Below are positions 26,032 to 35,680 of a DNA stretch of 64,000 bases, piece after piece. The notes under the pieces were generated by a model. It was not told the DNA's origin. It searched no databases and worked only from the letters and a program-made list of their open reading frames with translations. The stretch is from an uncultured Solirubrobacterales bacterium (GTDB lineage: Bacteria; Actinomycetota; Thermoleophilia; Solirubrobacterales; 70-9). Made by a program: the position numbers and the translations under genes. Positions within the stretch are counted from its first letter, which is position 1, and the number at the start of each line of letters is the position of its first letter. The stretch covers positions 124,072-188,071 of the forward strand of contig CAWFET010000001.1 of NCBI GenBank assembly GCA_963815045.1. The letters run 5' to 3'.

Positions 26032-28298
26032 CGGTCGCGATCGTCGCCGTCGCGGCCGTCGCCCTCTGGCTGATCGCAGGGGTGGAGCCGGGGGAGCTGG
26101 CTCGGTACCTCGGCTATGAGGCCCTCTTCGTGGTCGGCCCGGGTTGGCTCGCGCTCCGCGCCGTCGCCCCCGGCATCCGCAGCCGGGCCTGGCAGCTGGC
26201 GCTCGGCTGGCCGATGGGTCTGACTCTCGAGATCCTCGCCTTCAGCCTCACCGCGGCGATCGGCGCACGCGGTCTCTTCCTGGCGTACCCGGTGCTGATC
26301 GGAGTCGCGGCGGTGGCGGTCATTCGCCGGCGGGGTTCCACCCCCTGGGCGCCGGGCGGCGGGGCGTCCGTCTTCGCCCGGCCCGAGCGCCTGACCCTCG
26401 CCGGCCTCTGCCTGGTGGCCTTCTGCTTCATCGGGGTCGGCTATTTCGCGCCGCTGCCGCTGCCCGGGCACGTCCCGGACGCGCTCTACCCGGGCGACCC
26501 GGAGTTCCACATCGCCGTGGCGGCCTCGGCGCTCCACGGCTGGCCGCCGGCGAACTACCTCGTATCAGGCGAGCCGTTCAACTACCACTTCTTCATCCAT
26601 CTGCACATGGCGGCGACGTCCCAGGTGACGGGAGTCGGCCTGCCCGTCGTCGTCCTCCGGCTCTACCTGCTGCCGCTCACCGCCCTCCTCGTCCTCCAGC
26701 TTGCCCTGGCTGGGAGGCTGGTCGGGGCCGGGCGGTGGGCCGGCGTGGTGACGGTCGCGCTCTTCCTTCTCGTCAGGGGCGTCGACCTCAGCGTCGATGA
26801 CATCACGCCGTTCGGGGATACCGACGTCTACCGGCTCTGGTCGAGCCCCAGTCAGCTGCTCGGCATGGTCATGTTCGTCGCCGTCCTCATGGTGCTCTGG
26901 CTGCTGTTCGACCCCGGGCTTCGCGCTCGAGCGGGGGCGTTCATCGAGGAGAGCCCGCGACGGCTGTGGTGGGTCCTGGGCCTGCTCCTGATCGGAGCGG
27001 GAGGGTCCAAGTCGGTGATCCTGCCGGCGCTGATCGGCGCCCTTTGCCTGTATCTCGCCTGGGCCCGCCTTCGGGAGAAGCGGGTGGATCGAACCGCGCT
27101 CGCGGCGCTCGGGCTCTGCGCGGGGCTGTTCGTCGTCTTCTACTTCCTCATGTACCGGGGAGGCTCGCTCGGCCTGGGGATCGATCCCCCGGCCACGATC
27201 AAGCAGATGCCGCCGCTCGCGCGGCTGCACGACGCCTGGCCCTCCGGAGCCCTCGCCGATGCCGCCTTCTGGGCCCTGGCGGTCCCGGCCGGCCTGTTGA
27301 TGTACTTCGCCGCACCCCTGCTCGGGGTCGCGTTGTGGCTCCGCAGAGTCCGCACTCCGTCCCCGGCCGGGGTCCTCTCACTCTCGCTGCTGGTGGTCGG
27401 TGTCGGAGCCTTCCTCTTCGTCTCCGACGAGTACCTCGAGCAGACCTACATCACCGCCTATGGGCTGATCGCGGTCATGCCGTTCGCCGCCCTCGGTCTG
27501 ATCGGGTTCTTCGAGCCGAGGGTTCGCGGAGTGGGCCGGAATTGGATCCGCCCGGTGGGTCTCGCGGCCGGCTGGCTTGCCCTCTTGGTCCTGCTCGCCT
27601 ACGTGGCCCACCGAATCTGGGGGAATGGCCACTACCTGCGTGCCGACCTCGTCTCCTATCTCCCGGCCGTTGCCGCGATCGGGGCGCTCGCACTGCTGGC
27701 AGTCGCCGCGGGGCCTGGACGGCGCGGGCTGTTCGCGGCTCTCGCGGCCGGAGCGCTGCTCCTCACCGCCTCACTGGACGCGCCGCTCGACCTGTTCCCG
27801 AACCCCGCCAGCAGGTTCGTGGAGGGCAAGCCGCAGTATCAGACCTCCCGCGCGGCTCTCCGACCGCGGGAGCTGCGTGCGATGGAGTGGATTCGCGACC
27901 ATCTCCCCGACGACGCCCTCCTGGCGGTCAGCAACGACCGGACGCCGCGAACCAGGGACCGGGGACCGAGCGACGCGGCCTTCCCGGCGTTCACCGAGCA
28001 CCGCACCTTCCGTGAGGCATGGGGATACACGGCACGGGCCAATGAGATCGGAGAGATCGACGTGTTCGCGGGCCGATTGGACCCGTTTCCGCAGCGCACC
28101 TCGCTGGAGCGCGCCGTCTACGGCCGTGCCGATCCGGCCGCCCTGCGCACGATGGCCGACCGCTACGGCGTCACGCACATCGTCGTTTTCAAGAAGACGG
28201 GTGCCGTCAATCCTCGCCTCTACCGGCTCGGCCGCCTCGTCTACTCGAACGGCGCGGTCGACGTGATCCAGCTGCCCAGCGGGAGGCAGTTCGGATGA
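25908..28298 (+). CDS. Large polytopic membrane protein (~750-796 aa), possible GT-C-type transferase
   Basis: Many TM helices starting at LAIAVAIVAVAAVALWLIAG (about 26025). The start is uncertain. No ATG/GTG/TTG lies between ATG 25908 (124-nt overlap with wecE) and GTG 26091 (which would delete the first TM helix). Confidence 0.6.
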   Translation: MRLAAGHRGRRGRPRPAPALRGALRRRAVEGDRGGHGVLAIAVAIVAVAAVALWLIAGVEPGELARYLGYEALFVVGPGWLALRAVAPGIRSRAWQLALGWPMGLTLEILAFSLTAAIGARGLFLAYPVLIGVAAVAVIRRRGSTPWAPGGGASVFARPERLTLAGLCLVAFCFIGVGYFAPLPLPGHVPDALYPGDPEFHIAVAASALHGWPPANYLVSGEPFNYHFFIHLHMAATSQVTGVGLPVVVLRLYLLPLTALLVLQLALAGRLVGAGRWAGVVTVALFLLVRGVDLSVDDITPFGDTDVYRLWSSPSQLLGMVMFVAVLMVLWLLFDPGLRARAGAFIEESPRRLWWVLGLLLIGAGGSKSVILPALIGALCLYLAWARLREKRVDRTALAALGLCAGLFVVFYFLMYRGGSLGLGIDPPATIKQMPPLARLHDAWPSGALADAAFWALAVPAGLLMYFAAPLLGVALWLRRVRTPSPAGVLSLSLLVVGVGAFLFVSDEYLEQTYITAYGLIAVMPFAALGLIGFFEPRVRGVGRNWIRPVGLAAGWLALLVLLAYVAHRIWGNGHYLRADLVSYLPAVAAIGALALLAVAAGPGRRGLFAALAAGALLLTASLDAPLDLFPNPASRFVEGKPQYQTSRAALRPRELRAMEWIRDHLPDDALLAVSNDRTPRTRDRGPSDAAFPAFTEHRTFREAWGYTARANEIGEIDVFAGRLDPFPQRTSLERAVYGRADPAALRTMADRYGVTHIVVFKKTGAVNPRLYRLGRLVYSNGAVDVIQLPSGRQFG

Positions 28299-28300
28299 AG

Positions 28301-28702
28301 CTAGTCAGCCCACCAGTCGCGCCGGCCCTCGACGTCATCGCGCGGATTCTCGCCGAGGTTGGGCGCGCCGATGACGAGGATCTCGAGGCCCTTCGGCCCG
28401 GCCTCGTAGCCTCGCCACGTACCGGGCGGGATTCGCACCACGTCCCACTCCCTGAGCTCGACGATCTCGTCGTCGAGCTTCATGCGCCCGCTCCCGCGCA
28501 CGACCACGTACACCTCCTCCTGCGTCCTGTGCGTGTGGCCGTACGGAAATCGATAGCCGGGTGGCACGCGCTGGTAGCCCAGGCCGGATTGCTCGAGCTC
28601 GAGCGGCTCGGTCGCCAGGCGGAACTCCAGGTCCGGCGCCCCGTCGAAGTTCGACCCGACGTCCGCCACGTCCTCCTTGATGTTCCTGTGCGTGAACGGC
28701 AC
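28301..28702 (-). CDS. Cupin domain protein
   Basis: 133 aa: GHTHRTQEEVYVVVRGSG...VRIPPGTWRGYEAG, a two-motif cupin signature. Confidence 0.75.
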   Translation of the reverse strand: MPFTHRNIKEDVADVGSNFDGAPDLEFRLATEPLELEQSGLGYQRVPPGYRFPYGHTHRTQEEVYVVVRGSGRMKLDDEIVELREWDVVRIPPGTWRGYEAGPKGLEILVIGAPNLGENPRDDVEGRRDWWAD

Positions 28703-28730
28703 GCCGCAATCCTATGTACCGTCGCGCCGG

Positions 28731-29906
28731 ATGAAGATCGCGCTCGTCTACGACTGCCTCTTTCCCAACACCGTCGGGGGAGCGGAGCGCTGGTATCGCA
28801 ATCTCGCCGAGCGGCTCGGCGTACGCCATTCGGTCACCTACCTGACCCGGCGGCAGTGGGGGGAGGAGGGACCGTGCACCTCGTTCGAGACGCTGGCGGT
28901 CTCGCCGGCGACCGATCTCTACACGCGCTCGGGCCGCCGCCGCATCTGGCCGCCGATTCGGTTCGGCCTCGGCGTCTTCTGGCACCTGCTCCGCAACGGC
29001 CGGAGCTACGACGCGGTCCACTCGGCCTCCTTTCCCTACTTCCAGCTGGTCGGCGCGCGGCTGGCGCTCCGGCTCTCGCGCTCCCCCGCCCAGCTGATCG
29101 TCGATTGGCACGAGGTCTGGGGCCGTGACTACTGGCGCTCGTACCTCGGGCCCGTGGCGGGGCGGATCGGCTTCGCCGTCGAGCGGCTCTGCCTGCGCAT
29201 GCCCGACCGGAGCTTCACGTTCTCGCGGCTCGCTGAGGAGCGGCTGCGCGGGTACGGCCATCGTGCCCCGATCACGAGGCTGACGGGCGAGTACGCCGGC
29301 GATCCCTGGTCCGAGTCCCGCACGCGCGACGATGCGGTAGCCGTGCCCGAGCCCCCCCTGGTCGTCTCGGCCGGCCGGCACATCCCGGAGAAGCGGGTGC
29401 CGGCGATCCCCGCGGCGATCGCCGCCGCCCGGCAGCGCGTGCCCGGCCTGCATGGGGTGATCCTCGGCGATGGCCCCGAGTTCGAGGCGACCAGGGAGCG
29501 CATCCGCGAGCTCGGCCTGGAGGGCGAGATCGAGATGGCCGGGCGGGTCGACCACGCGGAGCTGATGCGCAGGATCGCCTCGGCCTCCTGTCTGCTCCAC
29601 CCGTCCGAGCGGGAGGGCTACGGGATGGTGGTCGTCGAGGCGGTCTCGCTGGGCACGCCGGCGATCGTCGTCCGCGGCTCGGAGAACGCGGCCACCGAGC
29701 TGGTCGACGAGGGCGTGAACGGCTTCGTCGTCGATTCGGCCGAGACGCGGGAGATGGCCGACGCGATCGTCCGGGCGGTGGAGGGCGGCCCGGGCCTCCG
29801 CGGTTCCTCGTTCGACTGGTACCGGGCCCACCGCGAGGAGCTCTCGATCGAGAGGTCGCTGGCGGAGGTCGAGGCCTCGTACTCCCGGGCTCCTGAGCTC
29901 CCGTGA
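28731..29906 (+). CDS. Glycosyltransferase family 4 (GT-B)
   Basis: MKIALVYDCLFPNTVGGAERWY...SEREGYGMVVVEA...G.P (EX7E-type motif). Confidence 0.85.
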   Translation: MKIALVYDCLFPNTVGGAERWYRNLAERLGVRHSVTYLTRRQWGEEGPCTSFETLAVSPATDLYTRSGRRRIWPPIRFGLGVFWHLLRNGRSYDAVHSASFPYFQLVGARLALRLSRSPAQLIVDWHEVWGRDYWRSYLGPVAGRIGFAVERLCLRMPDRSFTFSRLAEERLRGYGHRAPITRLTGEYAGDPWSESRTRDDAVAVPEPPLVVSAGRHIPEKRVPAIPAAIAAARQRVPGLHGVILGDGPEFEATRERIRELGLEGEIEMAGRVDHAELMRRIASASCLLHPSEREGYGMVVVEAVSLGTPAIVVRGSENAATELVDEGVNGFVVDSAETREMADAIVRAVEGGPGLRGSSFDWYRAHREELSIERSLAEVEASYSRAPELP

Positions 29907-30688
29907 GCCCGCTCGGGGACCGGCCGCTCGGCTTCATCGCCCGGGAGGCGGTCCGACCGTCCAACTGGGTCGCGCTGGCGCGGATGCCCCGGCGCTACGT
30001 GCATCCCCTCGACGGGGCGCGCCGGTACTTCACCCCCCGCGGCGCGTATCCCCATCGGTGCGAGGTGCGCACGCCCGTCGGTCCCGTCGCCCCGAACCTG
30101 CACAGCCACCACGACATGATCACGGTCAACGAGATCTTCTGCCGTGAGGACTACCGGGTCGGGGCGGAGGCCGAGGTCATCGTCGACATCGGCTCGAACA
30201 TCGGGATCTCCGCGCTCTATTTCCTGACCCGCTCGGAGCGGGCGACGGTCCGGCTCTTCGAGCCGGTGCCGCGGAACATCGAGCGCCTTCGCGAGAACCT
30301 CGCCGGCTTCCAGGGGCGATGGCGGCTGGAGGAGACCGCCGTCGCCGATCGCGACGGCGAGGAGACGTTCTCGATCGAGCCGACCGGCCGCTACGGCGGG
30401 CTTGGGCCCGGGCATGCCGAATCGATCACGGTGCGCGTCCGGCACATCGACGGCGTCCTGCGAGAGGTGTTCGACGAGGAGGGCAGGATCGACGTCCTCA
30501 AGCTGGACACCGAGGGCGTCGAGGCGCGCACCATCGTGGCAGCCTCACCCGAGCTGCTCTCCCGGGTGGGCGTGATCTTCGCCGAGGACATCGCGGGGGA
30601 GATAGAGCCTCCTCCCGGCTTCGATGCGTCGCGCCGCGCGTCCGTGCTCAGGCTGGCTCAGCCGGACGCGGCGGCCGCGCGCTCGTAG
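29903..30688 (+). CDS. FkbM family methyltransferase
   Basis: VIVDIGSNIGISALYF...LFEPVPRNIERLRENL...D.LKLDTEG. Confidence 0.8.
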   Translation: MSPLGDRPLGFIAREAVRPSNWVALARMPRRYVHPLDGARRYFTPRGAYPHRCEVRTPVGPVAPNLHSHHDMITVNEIFCREDYRVGAEAEVIVDIGSNIGISALYFLTRSERATVRLFEPVPRNIERLRENLAGFQGRWRLEETAVADRDGEETFSIEPTGRYGGLGPGHAESITVRVRHIDGVLREVFDEEGRIDVLKLDTEGVEARTIVAASPELLSRVGVIFAEDIAGEIEPPPGFDASRRASVLRLAQPDAAAARS

Positions 30689-31836
30689 ACGGCCTCGTAG
30701 CGCTCGGCGATCCGGTCCCAGGTGAACTCCTCGAGCCACCGCGAGCGCCCGCTCTCCGCGAGCCGCGATCGCTCCGCCTCGTCGACCCAGAGACGCTCGA
30801 CCTCTGCCGCGACGGCGTCCGGGCTGGCATCGACCAGGCCGTCCCGCCTCCTCGAGGGGACGACCACGCCGCCCCCGGTCCACTCCGCGATCTCCTCGGC
30901 GTTGCCGGCCGCGGTGCTCACGAACGGCGTCCCGGAGGCGACGGCCTCGAAGAGCACGAGCGGCGAGCACTCGACCTGGGAGCCGAAGACGAAGAGGTCC
31001 GCCGCGGCGTAGGCGGCGAGGACCTCGGCTCGGGGCACGTCGAGCACGATCACCCGCTTGCGGCCGGCCGTCCCGATCCGGGTGGCGAGCGCGCGGCGGA
31101 GGCAATCCCACTGACAGCCGGCGCGGAGCGGCCGGTTTCCGATCACCACGAGCGTTCCGCCACCGGTGTCGGCGCGCCGAAAGCCCTGGATGGAGAGCGC
31201 ATGACCCTTGCGCCAGTTGTGCGGCCCGACCGTCAGCAGCAGCGGCTCGCCCGGGTCGATCCCGTGCCGCTCGCGGAAGCCCGAATCCTCGGGGACCTCG
31301 AACTCCTCCCGGCCGGCTCCGTTGGGGACCACGTTGAGGTTGTCGAGGCCGGCGCGGCGGGCGAATTCGATGTCCTGGTAGGCGCCGGAGTGAAAGATCA
31401 GCTCGCTGAAGCGCTCGAGCGCCGCGGGCAGGCTCGCGAAGTAGTCCCGGTACGCCGGGTCGGCCAGGCCGGAGAACCCACAGGGAGCGAGGACGGTGCC
31501 CGCCGGGATCCGGTCGAGCACGTCGAGCAGGGCGTCGGTCGTCCACTGCTGCGCGGCATAGGTCATGACGACGTCGAAGCCTCCGTCGGCGACGAAGGAG
31601 CGGTAGCGGTCGACCTCTCCCGTCATCCCCGAGACGGCGTTCCCCGAGATCTCGAACTCCTCGATCCGCGCCCCGTCCAGCTCGGTCTCCTCCCGGTGTG
31701 ACAGCCGTGTGGTGGCCACGGTGACCTCGTGGCCGCGCCGGACGAGCTCCCGCGAGACGTGCCGGACCACAGCCTGGGCCCCTCCGGGGCTCGGGTGATA
31801 GAACTCGACGCAGTGCAGGATTCGTAGTGCCATCAA
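30658..31836 (-). CDS. Glycosyltransferase family 4
   Basis: LRILHCVEFYHPSPGGAQAVV...GSQVECSPLVLFEAVASGTPFV. Confidence 0.85.
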   Translation of the reverse strand: MMALRILHCVEFYHPSPGGAQAVVRHVSRELVRRGHEVTVATTRLSHREETELDGARIEEFEISGNAVSGMTGEVDRYRSFVADGGFDVVMTYAAQQWTTDALLDVLDRIPAGTVLAPCGFSGLADPAYRDYFASLPAALERFSELIFHSGAYQDIEFARRAGLDNLNVVPNGAGREEFEVPEDSGFRERHGIDPGEPLLLTVGPHNWRKGHALSIQGFRRADTGGGTLVVIGNRPLRAGCQWDCLRRALATRIGTAGRKRVIVLDVPRAEVLAAYAAADLFVFGSQVECSPLVLFEAVASGTPFVSTAAGNAEEIAEWTGGGVVVPSRRRDGLVDASPDAVAAEVERLWVDEAERSRLAESGRSRWLEEFTWDRIAERYEAVYERAAAASG

Positions 31837-31897
31837 GGGAGCCGCGGCATTCGGGGCCGGGGTGAGGGCAGAGTAGTCACAGGCCTGCGCCTGAACG

Positions 31898-33175
31898 ATG
31901 CGCGTCCTCCTCAGCTACAGCGCCGAGCATTTCGACCCCAGCCTCCCGAAGGAGGAGCAGGCTCACTGGGGCACCTCGGCGAACGTGATCTCTCGGACGC
32001 TCTATGCGGCACTCGCGAAGCGAGGCGACGTTACCTTCGTGGACGCGGCCGAGCCCGACCGCGTGGCCGGTCGGTCATTCGATGCGTTCGTCGGGATCCA
32101 GCGCAACTTCGGAGCGATCCTCGAGCGCTGCGACATCGGCCGCAGCACCCTCGTCGCGGTCAACATGCACCCGGCGGAGCACAACGAGCTGCTGCTCGAT
32201 TTCGTCATCCGCGAGGAGCTGCCGACGGCCTCACTTCACGCCCTCGACTTCCACGATGTCCCCCGCCGAGTCCGCGCCCTGGAGGCCGCGGACTCGATCC
32301 TCCTCTTCGGCAACTCGCGCACCCTGGAGAGCTACACCCGCCACGGCATCCCGGGCGGAAAGATCAGGCTGGCCAGCTACGGAGTGGACATCGAGGCCGA
32401 GCGGTCACGGGATCGATCCCCCCAGGACGTTCCGCACACCCAGATCCTCTACAGCGCGTCGGAGATCGGCCTTCGAAAGGGCTTCGACATCGTGTCCGCG
32501 CTGGTGGAGGAGATCGACCTCGGCCGCCTGAGCGGCCACCTGCACATCGTGGGCAGGCCCTCCTATCCCCATTACCGGGCCAAGCTCGACGACCTCGTGG
32601 GCGGGCTGCAGCCTCATGTCACGAACCACGGATGGATGGCGGCGGCGAGCCCTCACTACCGGGCCCTGCTCGAGAGCTGCGACTACCTGCTCTTTCCCTC
32701 CCTCGAGGAGGGCCAGGCTGGGACGGTGCTGGACGCAATGGCGTGCGGCGTGGTTCCGCTGATCAGCCCCAACTGCGGAGTGGATTTCGCTCCGCTCGGC
32801 TTCTGCCGGCTCGAGCTGGGTTCGGCGCACAACCGGGCGCTGTTGATGGAGGCCTTCGCGCTTCCCGCCACCGAGCGCAGCCGCCTGGCGGAGAAGACAA
32901 TCGACCACTACGTCGATGCTCACGGGGACTTCGCGGGCAGGCTCGAGGGCACCATCGACGACCTGCTCTCAGGATCGACGGCGGATGCCGGCCGGCAGCC
33001 GAGCATGGCCGCCGTGCGATCCGTGGCGGCACCAAGGCCGAATGGCCGCGCCGAGGGCGCCCCGGGTCTGCGACAGCGGGCCCGGCGGAGCTACCTCGTG
33101 GCGAGACTGCGCTGGTTCAACTCGTGGAAGTTCCACCAGGTTCTCGGCGGCATGCGGCAACGGCTGCCAGTCTGA
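31898..33175 (+). CDS. Glycosyltransferase, GT-B fold (GT4-like)
   Basis: PSLEEGQAGTVLDAMACGVVPLISPNCG, an EX7E-like motif in the C-terminal half. Confidence 0.65.
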   Translation: MRVLLSYSAEHFDPSLPKEEQAHWGTSANVISRTLYAALAKRGDVTFVDAAEPDRVAGRSFDAFVGIQRNFGAILERCDIGRSTLVAVNMHPAEHNELLLDFVIREELPTASLHALDFHDVPRRVRALEAADSILLFGNSRTLESYTRHGIPGGKIRLASYGVDIEAERSRDRSPQDVPHTQILYSASEIGLRKGFDIVSALVEEIDLGRLSGHLHIVGRPSYPHYRAKLDDLVGGLQPHVTNHGWMAAASPHYRALLESCDYLLFPSLEEGQAGTVLDAMACGVVPLISPNCGVDFAPLGFCRLELGSAHNRALLMEAFALPATERSRLAEKTIDHYVDAHGDFAGRLEGTIDDLLSGSTADAGRQPSMAAVRSVAAPRPNGRAEGAPGLRQRARRSYLVARLRWFNSWKFHQVLGGMRQRLPV

Positions 33176-33197
33176 GGACAGCGCGTATGTTCTCGCC

Positions 33198-33980
33198 GTG
33201 AGCGCAGAGCCACCGCGCATCAGCGTCGTCATCCCGACCTATCAGCGAATCGAGTCCTGTAGGCGGGCGGTCTCGTCCGTGCTCGAGCAGGAGCCCCCGG
33301 CGCTCGAGGTGCTGGTCTGCGACGACGGTTCGACCGACGGAACCCAGGATGCCTTCGAGATCTGGGCACGCGAGGAGCCGCGCCTTCGGTACCTGCGATT
33401 GCCGCGCAACTTCGGCGCGCCGGCCGCTGGCCGGAACCTCGGCACGAAGAGCGCCCAGGGGGACTGGGTGGCGTTCCTGGACGACGACGACCGCTGGCTG
33501 CCGGGGAAGCTGCGCATCCAGTCCGAGGCGATCTCGTCCGGGCGCTACGACGTGGTCGCGTCGGATGCGACCCGCAGCAGCGGCGGCCCCTACTTCGGGC
33601 TCGATCGAGCGGTGGAGCCCGACCGCGCCGAGCTCCTGCGCCACAACCCGATCATCACCTCGACGGCGGTGGTGCGCCGGTCCGCGCTCGTCGAGTCCGG
33701 CGGCTTCACCGACTCGGCCGTCGGAATGTCGATCACCGGAGTCGAGGACTACGCCGCCTGGCTCAACCTGGCCTACGGGGGCGCCCGCTTCGTCGTCCTG
33801 CCGGAGGCGCTGGCCGTCTACGACGACGCCGGCGAGGACCGGGTGAGCGCCGCCGCCTCCCGCCAGGAGGCCGAGGTCGCGGCGGTCCGCTGGCGGCTCT
33901 GGCTGCGGCGGCCGTACGACCTCGCCGTGCTCGGGTCGGCCCTGCGCGGCACTCTCGACGCCTGGCGGGTGCGGAGTTGA
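33198..33980 (+). CDS. Glycosyltransferase family 2
   Basis: In-frame GTG at 33198: VSAEPPRISVVIPTYQRIESC...VLVCDDGSTDGT...FLDDDD. Confidence 0.85.
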   Translation: MSAEPPRISVVIPTYQRIESCRRAVSSVLEQEPPALEVLVCDDGSTDGTQDAFEIWAREEPRLRYLRLPRNFGAPAAGRNLGTKSAQGDWVAFLDDDDRWLPGKLRIQSEAISSGRYDVVASDATRSSGGPYFGLDRAVEPDRAELLRHNPIITSTAVVRRSALVESGGFTDSAVGMSITGVEDYAAWLNLAYGGARFVVLPEALAVYDDAGEDRVSAAASRQEAEVAAVRWRLWLRRPYDLAVLGSALRGTLDAWRVRS

Positions 33981-34924
33981 CTCAGCGCGTGCTCATGGGC
34001 GGGCTCCTCCGCAACGGAGAGGAGACGATCGAGCAAATCCTCGGGTTCATCGACGAGGCTGAGCGGCGGATCCCGGGCCTCGAGGTCTACGTCTTCGAGA
34101 ACAACAGCTCCGACCGGACGCCGGAGCTGCTCGAGCAGGGCGCGCGGGAGCGCCCACACCTGCGGGTTCGCAGCGAGGCCTGGGATCTCGACGAGTTCCG
34201 CGAGGCATCGAGGGCGAGGACCTGGGACAACAAGCCCTGCCGTATCGAGCTGATCTCCGAAGCCCGGAACCGGCTGCTGGACTGGATGCGCGAGGACGGC
34301 CTCGCCGCCGGCGACCGCGTCGTGATCGTGGACTGGGACTTCCTGCGCCCGCCGCCGCTGGAGCCCCTCGTGAGGGCCATCTCGGAGCTGCCCGATGAGG
34401 CGGCCGCCGTGTTCGCGAACGGAGTCGGGAGCACCGGCCGCTACTACGACCTCTACGAGCTGCGAACCGAGGAGCACCCGCTGGGCCCGGAGCTGATGGG
34501 CGACCGGTTCTGGACGTCGAGGCGCCGCCGGCACTCGCTGGGGCGGGTGATCGATCCGGCCGAGCCTCCCATTGAGGTCTATTCCGCCTTTGCGGGGCTG
34601 GGGATCTACCGCGCCGAGGCGCTGGAGGGCTGCCGCTACTCGCCCTACCCGACGCCCGAGCTGCACGCCTTCTACAGGGAGCGCTTCAGCGAGGATCCGA
34701 GCAACCCGGATGTCCGGCGGGTCCGCCGCAACAAGCCGGAGAAGGTCCGCAGGGGCGCGCTGCTCGGCGCGTACCTGTTCGACGACGAGCTCTTCTACGT
34801 CAACAACTCGGGCTTCAACTTCCCGATCGCGGCCGAGCACGTCAACCTGCACCTCTCGATGCGCGCCAGGGGCCGCGGGAAGCTGTTCATCCTCCCTGAG
34901 CTGCCCTACCTCTCCCATCACTGA
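33977..34924 (+). CDS. Hypothetical protein, possibly GT-A-fold glycosyltransferase
   Basis: 315 aa with coding-like composition. VYVFENNSSDRTPELL and VIVDWD resemble GT-A nucleotide-binding/DxD elements, but I do not recognise the family. Confidence 0.45.
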   Translation: MTQRVLMGGLLRNGEETIEQILGFIDEAERRIPGLEVYVFENNSSDRTPELLEQGARERPHLRVRSEAWDLDEFREASRARTWDNKPCRIELISEARNRLLDWMREDGLAAGDRVVIVDWDFLRPPPLEPLVRAISELPDEAAAVFANGVGSTGRYYDLYELRTEEHPLGPELMGDRFWTSRRRRHSLGRVIDPAEPPIEVYSAFAGLGIYRAEALEGCRYSPYPTPELHAFYRERFSEDPSNPDVRRVRRNKPEKVRRGALLGAYLFDDELFYVNNSGFNFPIAAEHVNLHLSMRARGRGKLFILPELPYLSHH

Positions 34925-35667
34925 TGAGCTTTTCGGTCAGGCCGCTGCTCCGGCCGCTGGTGCGGCGTCTGCCGGCGCCCATGCAGCCCGTGGCCATCCG
35001 GAGGCTGGAGGCGATTCGCGAGGGCCTCATCTGGCCGATGCCCCTTGGGATGTACATGCGCTGCGCACTGGACGGCTCGGGAAGCAGCTTCGTACTCGGC
35101 GAGAGGCGCTACCGGTATCTCTGGCATCCGTACATGGCTACCTGGAGGACCGAGCGCGCGGTCGAGGTGCCGGTGGCGTGGGACCGGGTTCGAAGGGCCG
35201 ATCCGGCGAGCACGCTGGAGCTCGGCAACGTCCTCTCCCACTACTTCCCCGCCGGCCACACGGTCGTCGACAAGTACGAGCAGGCCCCCGGGGTGATCAA
35301 CGAGGACGTGGTCAGCTTCTCGCCGCAGCGCTCCTACGACCTGATCGTCTCCGTATCGACCCTCGAGCACGTTGGCTGGGACGAGCAGCCGAAGGACCCG
35401 GAGAAGGTCCTGCGCGCGATCGATCGCCTGCGCAGCCTGCTGACCGACGCCGGCGAGCTCCTCTTCACCGTCCCGAAGGGCTGGCATCCGGAGCTGGACC
35501 GTTACCTCGCGGAGGGTCGCATCCCCCTGGCCGAGCGCCGGTGCCTGAAGCGGATCTCCGCCGACGGCCGCTGGGCGGAGGTGGGTTGTGATGAGCTGGA
35601 GGAGGTTCGCTACGACGCCCCGTTCCCTTACGCGAACGCGGTCACCTTCGGCGTGGCCCGCAACTAG
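34924..35667 (+). CDS. Methyltransferase-fold-like protein, tandem paralog 1
   Basis: 247 aa: ...STLELGNVLSHYF...DLIVSVSTLEHVGWD...LLTDAGELLFTVP. Confidence 0.6.
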   Translation: MSFSVRPLLRPLVRRLPAPMQPVAIRRLEAIREGLIWPMPLGMYMRCALDGSGSSFVLGERRYRYLWHPYMATWRTERAVEVPVAWDRVRRADPASTLELGNVLSHYFPAGHTVVDKYEQAPGVINEDVVSFSPQRSYDLIVSVSTLEHVGWDEQPKDPEKVLRAIDRLRSLLTDAGELLFTVPKGWHPELDRYLAEGRIPLAERRCLKRISADGRWAEVGCDELEEVRYDAPFPYANAVTFGVARN

Positions 35668-35680
35668 ACTCGCGCGCTCG

